Both the position numbers and the translations under genes were made by a program. DNA of 64,000 nt from an uncultured Prochlorococcus sp. (GTDB lineage Bacteria > Cyanobacteriota > Cyanobacteriia > PCC-6307 > Cyanobiaceae): assembly GCA_902538225.1 (NCBI GenBank), contig CACBEF010000002.1, positions 96,563 through 160,562 on the forward strand. The letters are read 5' to 3'. Positions within the stretch are counted from its first letter, which is position 1. Every line of letters starts with the position of its first letter. Below are positions 60,967 to 64,000 of this stretch, piece by piece. The notes beneath the pieces were generated by a model. That model saw only the letters and a program-made list of their open reading frames with translations. It was not told the origin of the DNA and searched no databases.

Positions 60967-62712
60967 ATGAAAAATTTAAAAATAAAAGTTATATTTAAAT
61001 ACCTTAGACCTTACAAGAAAGAATTTTTATATGGAGCTTTAGCTCTCTTAATAGTAAATATACTAAGTGTTGTAATACCCTTAGAAGTAAAAAATATAAT
61101 TGACCAATTACAAAATGGGTTTTCTTCGGATTTTGTTATTTCTAAATCTTTATGGTTAATATTTTTAGCAACTTGTATGGGTTTAATAAGATTATTTTCA
61201 AGACAGATTGTCTTCGGCATAGGTAGAAAAGTAGAAGTAAACCTTCGTCAAAAACTTTTTGACCATTTACTTATTCAAGATCCAGAATGGATTCAAAAAA
61301 AAGGTAGTGGAGACATTATTAGTAGAGCTACAAGCGATGTTGAAAACATAAGAAGACTTTTAGGTTTTACAGTTTTAAGCTTGTGCAATATTGTCCTAGC
61401 TTATTCATTCACAATTCCTTCAATGTTTTCGATTAATAAAATATTAACAATATCAGCTTTAATGATATTTCCATTAATCCTCGGAATTGTAAGTCTATTT
61501 GGCGGCAGAATGGTTAAACAAAGAAAAGCTCAACAAGAATCATTATCAAAACTTAGTGATTTAATACAAGAAGATCTATCAGGTATAAGCGCCATTAAAA
61601 TTTATGCCCAAGAGAATGCTGAGAAAAAAGAATTTGACACATATAATAATCAATATCGAAATTCAGCGATAAAACTCGCAAGAACAGCGAGTACCCTATT
61701 CCCTTTGTTACAAGGGATTTCCTCAATTTCATTATTGATTTTATTATCATTAGGAACTTTCCAATTAGAGAGTGGATTTATATCAATAGGTGGTTTAGTA
61801 GCTTTAATTCTTTACGTAGAAAGACTTGTCTTCCCAACAGCTTTATTAGGTTTTACCTTAAATACTTTTCAACTTGGTCAAGTAAGTTTAGATCGTGTGG
61901 AAGAAATTTTTCAGAACAACCCAAATATTGTAGATAGAGCAGAAACTAAATTTTTAAAAAGAAAGGTTAAAGGATTCTTAGAAGCAAAAAATTTAACCAT
62001 AAAGTATACAGGATCAAAATTTAATTCATTAAATAATCTCAATTTTAAAATTTATCCTGGAGAACTTATTGCAATAGTTGGCCCCGTAGGTTGCGGCAAG
62101 ACAACACTAGCAAAGTCTCTAGGACGGACTATTGAAATTCCAGACAATCAATTATTTTTAGATGAAATTGATATAAAAACTTTAAAATTAAGTGATCTCA
62201 GAAAAAATATTTCAATCGTTCCTCAAGAAGCATTCTTATTTACTTCTACAATTTCAGAAAACCTAAGTTTTGGAGAACCCAAAGCTTCTAAATACTTAGT
62301 TAAAGAAAGTGCTACAAAAGCTGGATTAATTGATGATATCAATAGTTTTCCACAAAGGTTTAAAACTATTGTTGGTGAAAGAGGTATTACATTAAGTGGT
62401 GGACAAAGGCAAAGAACAGCACTAGGAAGAGCACTACTTGTTAATTCTCCTATTGTTGTTCTTGATGATGCTTTAGCAAGCGTAGATAATAAAACAGCAT
62501 CAAGAATAATAGAAGAAATGAGTGAGAGAAGTAATAAAACAATCATAATGATTAGTCACCAACTTTCTGTTGCAGCTACCTGTGATAGGGTTTTAGTAAT
62601 GGATAAAGGAGAAATAGTACAAGAAGGGGCTCATAAAGATTTATTAAAAGTAAATGGGCTATATAAACAACTTTGGGAGAGAGAACTAGCTAACAGAATT
62701 GTTAAGAGCTAA
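60967..62712 (+). CDS. ABC exporter, fused permease/ATPase (MdlA-like)
   Basis: TM domain; GPVGCGKT, LSGGQRQR, LDDALASVD. Confidence 0.93.
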   Translation: MKNLKIKVIFKYLRPYKKEFLYGALALLIVNILSVVIPLEVKNIIDQLQNGFSSDFVISKSLWLIFLATCMGLIRLFSRQIVFGIGRKVEVNLRQKLFDHLLIQDPEWIQKKGSGDIISRATSDVENIRRLLGFTVLSLCNIVLAYSFTIPSMFSINKILTISALMIFPLILGIVSLFGGRMVKQRKAQQESLSKLSDLIQEDLSGISAIKIYAQENAEKKEFDTYNNQYRNSAIKLARTASTLFPLLQGISSISLLILLSLGTFQLESGFISIGGLVALILYVERLVFPTALLGFTLNTFQLGQVSLDRVEEIFQNNPNIVDRAETKFLKRKVKGFLEAKNLTIKYTGSKFNSLNNLNFKIYPGELIAIVGPVGCGKTTLAKSLGRTIEIPDNQLFLDEIDIKTLKLSDLRKNISIVPQEAFLFTSTISENLSFGEPKASKYLVKESATKAGLIDDINSFPQRFKTIVGERGITLSGGQRQRTALGRALLVNSPIVVLDDALASVDNKTASRIIEEMSERSNKTIIMISHQLSVAATCDRVLVMDKGEIVQEGAHKDLLKVNGLYKQLWERELANRIVKS

Positions 62713-62750
62713 AAGTAATTTTTTTTACTTATAATGAATAAATTTAAATT

Positions 62751-63479
62751 ATGTTTAAATTTCTGAAAAAAATTATGAATATTGAAGAGGTGAATTTAAC
62801 TAATGATGCTTATTCATTACATAGAATATTAAAAACAGATATCAAAAAAGATCCTAATGTAGACGAAGATGAAATAATTTTTGGGTGTGGTTGTTTCTGG
62901 GGAGCTGAAAAATGTTTTTGGAAACTTCCTGGAGTTGTCACAACTTCTGTAGGTTATGCTGGAGGTGAAAAAAACAATCCAACTTATTATGAAGTATGTT
63001 CCGGCTTAACTGGTCATTCAGAAGTTGTAAGAGTTATATGGGATAAAAGGGAAATAGATGTAAGTGATTTATTAAAAATGTTTTGGGAATGTCATGACCC
63101 TACTCAAAAAAACAGACAAGGTAATGATATGGGAACCCAATATAGATCAGCAATATATTACAAAAATGAAAATAATATAAAAACCATACTAGCCAGTAAG
63201 GAACAATATCAAACGGAACTAAGCAAAAATAATCTTAATTTAATTGAAACGGAAATAAAAATGATTAATTCATATTTTTATGCGGAACAATACCATCAAC
63301 AATATCTTGCATCAGCTGGAAGCAGGCAGTATTGTTCAGCTTCACCTACAAAAATAAAGTTAGGAGTTTTTACTGGAAGCAACTACAAATTAGAAGACCA
63401 TATATGGGAAAACTTTAATTGGGAAGTTGACAAGTGTGTATTGAGATCTAATAACAATCCTATAAAGAATAACATTTAA
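62751..63479 (+). CDS. msrA: Peptide methionine (S)-sulfoxide reductase
   Basis: GCFWG, GYAGG, HDPT, RQGND.GTQYRS, AEQYHQQY. Confidence 0.95.
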   Translation: MFKFLKKIMNIEEVNLTNDAYSLHRILKTDIKKDPNVDEDEIIFGCGCFWGAEKCFWKLPGVVTTSVGYAGGEKNNPTYYEVCSGLTGHSEVVRVIWDKREIDVSDLLKMFWECHDPTQKNRQGNDMGTQYRSAIYYKNENNIKTILASKEQYQTELSKNNLNLIETEIKMINSYFYAEQYHQQYLASAGSRQYCSASPTKIKLGVFTGSNYKLEDHIWENFNWEVDKCVLRSNNNPIKNNI

Positions 63480-63506
63480 ATCAATCTAATCTTTATAGTA
63501 AAGAAA

Positions 63507-63580
63507 CGGGGCGTAGCGCAGTTTGGTAGCGCACCACTTTGGGGTAGTGGGGGTCGTGGGTTCAAATCCCGCCGTTCCGA
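63507..63580 (+). tRNA. tRNA-Pro(GGG)
   Basis: CGGGGCGTAGCGCAGTTTGGTAGCGC, anticodon arm CCACT-TTGGGGT-AGTGG, GGTTCAAATCC; CCA not encoded. Confidence 0.97.
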
Positions 63581-63733
63581 TTATTTATCGTCTTCATTTA
63601 TAAGCGATTTGTATAGTTTATATGAACTTATGCCTACTGCTATAAATGTAAAAGAAGAAAAAAAAGCTAAAACCAATATAGTTAGATTTGAAACTTCCAC
63701 TTCACCTAATTGGAAAGATATAAAAATGTTCAT
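63581..63733 (-). CDS. Small single-TM protein, 50 aa (not in ORF track)
   Basis: Manual translation MNIFISFQLGEVEVSNLTILVLAFFSSFTFIAVGISSYKLYKSLINEDDK. Confidence 0.5.
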   Translation of the reverse strand: MNIFISFQLGEVEVSNLTILVLAFFSSFTFIAVGISSYKLYKSLINEDDK

Positions 63734-63790
63734 TAGAAAGAATATTTTTTAAAACCTTAACACAATTGCAAAAAATTTTATTTCATCCAA

Positions 63791-64000
63791 TTATAAATTC
63801 AAAAGAATTACCATACCAAAAATTACTCTATAGATGATAAATATTTTCAACCCATTTGATGAAAAATACTTTAATAAGAAATCTATTGCTAATAAAGAGG
63901 ACAAAAATGTAGTAATAAGACCAACAAAAAGAGGTAAAAAACCTAATGCAAAAAAATCATTAAAAGAAGAAATAAACTCAACAATCGCAGCCAGAGAAAT
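63791..64000 (-). CDS. uppP: Undecaprenyl-diphosphate phosphatase, C-terminal part
   Basis: Manual translation ...LLAIDFLLKYFSSNGLKIFIIYRVIFGMVILLNL*, the typical BacA/UppP C-terminus. Confidence 0.8.
   Translation of the reverse strand: MSLAAIVEFISSFNDFFALGFLPLFVGLITTFLSSLLAIDFLLKYFSSNGLKIFIIYRVIFGMVILLNL

Noticed and set aside
63507-63790. tRNA-Pro as a possible integration site
   Set aside because: Followed directly by a small ORF and uppP; no att duplication or mobile genes.
1-64000. CRISPR arrays, rRNA, IS elements or long tandem repeats
   Set aside because: None seen; intergenic spacers are all short (about 210 nt or less) and non-repetitive.

Overview
An AT-rich, gene-dense stretch of core chromosome from a marine picocyanobacterium, most likely high-light Prochlorococcus marinus (psaK, psb28, GUN4, PAM68, unsplit dnaE, very low GC, streamlined spacers). 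It runs from the 3' part of leuS to the 3' part of uppP and holds about 65 mostly housekeeping CDSs plus tRNA-Ser(GGA) and tRNA-Pro(GGG). I see no integrase, transposase, prophage, CRISPR array or genomic island, and no clearly new multi-gene system. The best leads are small-scale. (1) The conserved N-termini of scpB and a STAS anti-anti-sigma gene lie upstream of any ATG/GTG/TTG, implying non-canonical initiation (ATC behind a perfect GGAGG; ACG or GTA for scpB). (2) An uncharacterised HExxH...ExEA metallopeptidase-like gene is tightly coupled to umuDC, which has a probable LexA box. (3) Three small membrane-protein ORFs were missed by the ORF track. (4) A group II PLP decarboxylase has altered motifs. 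A class II NtcA promoter and a terminator flank glnA. Gene calls rest on recognising motifs by eye, not on database searches.
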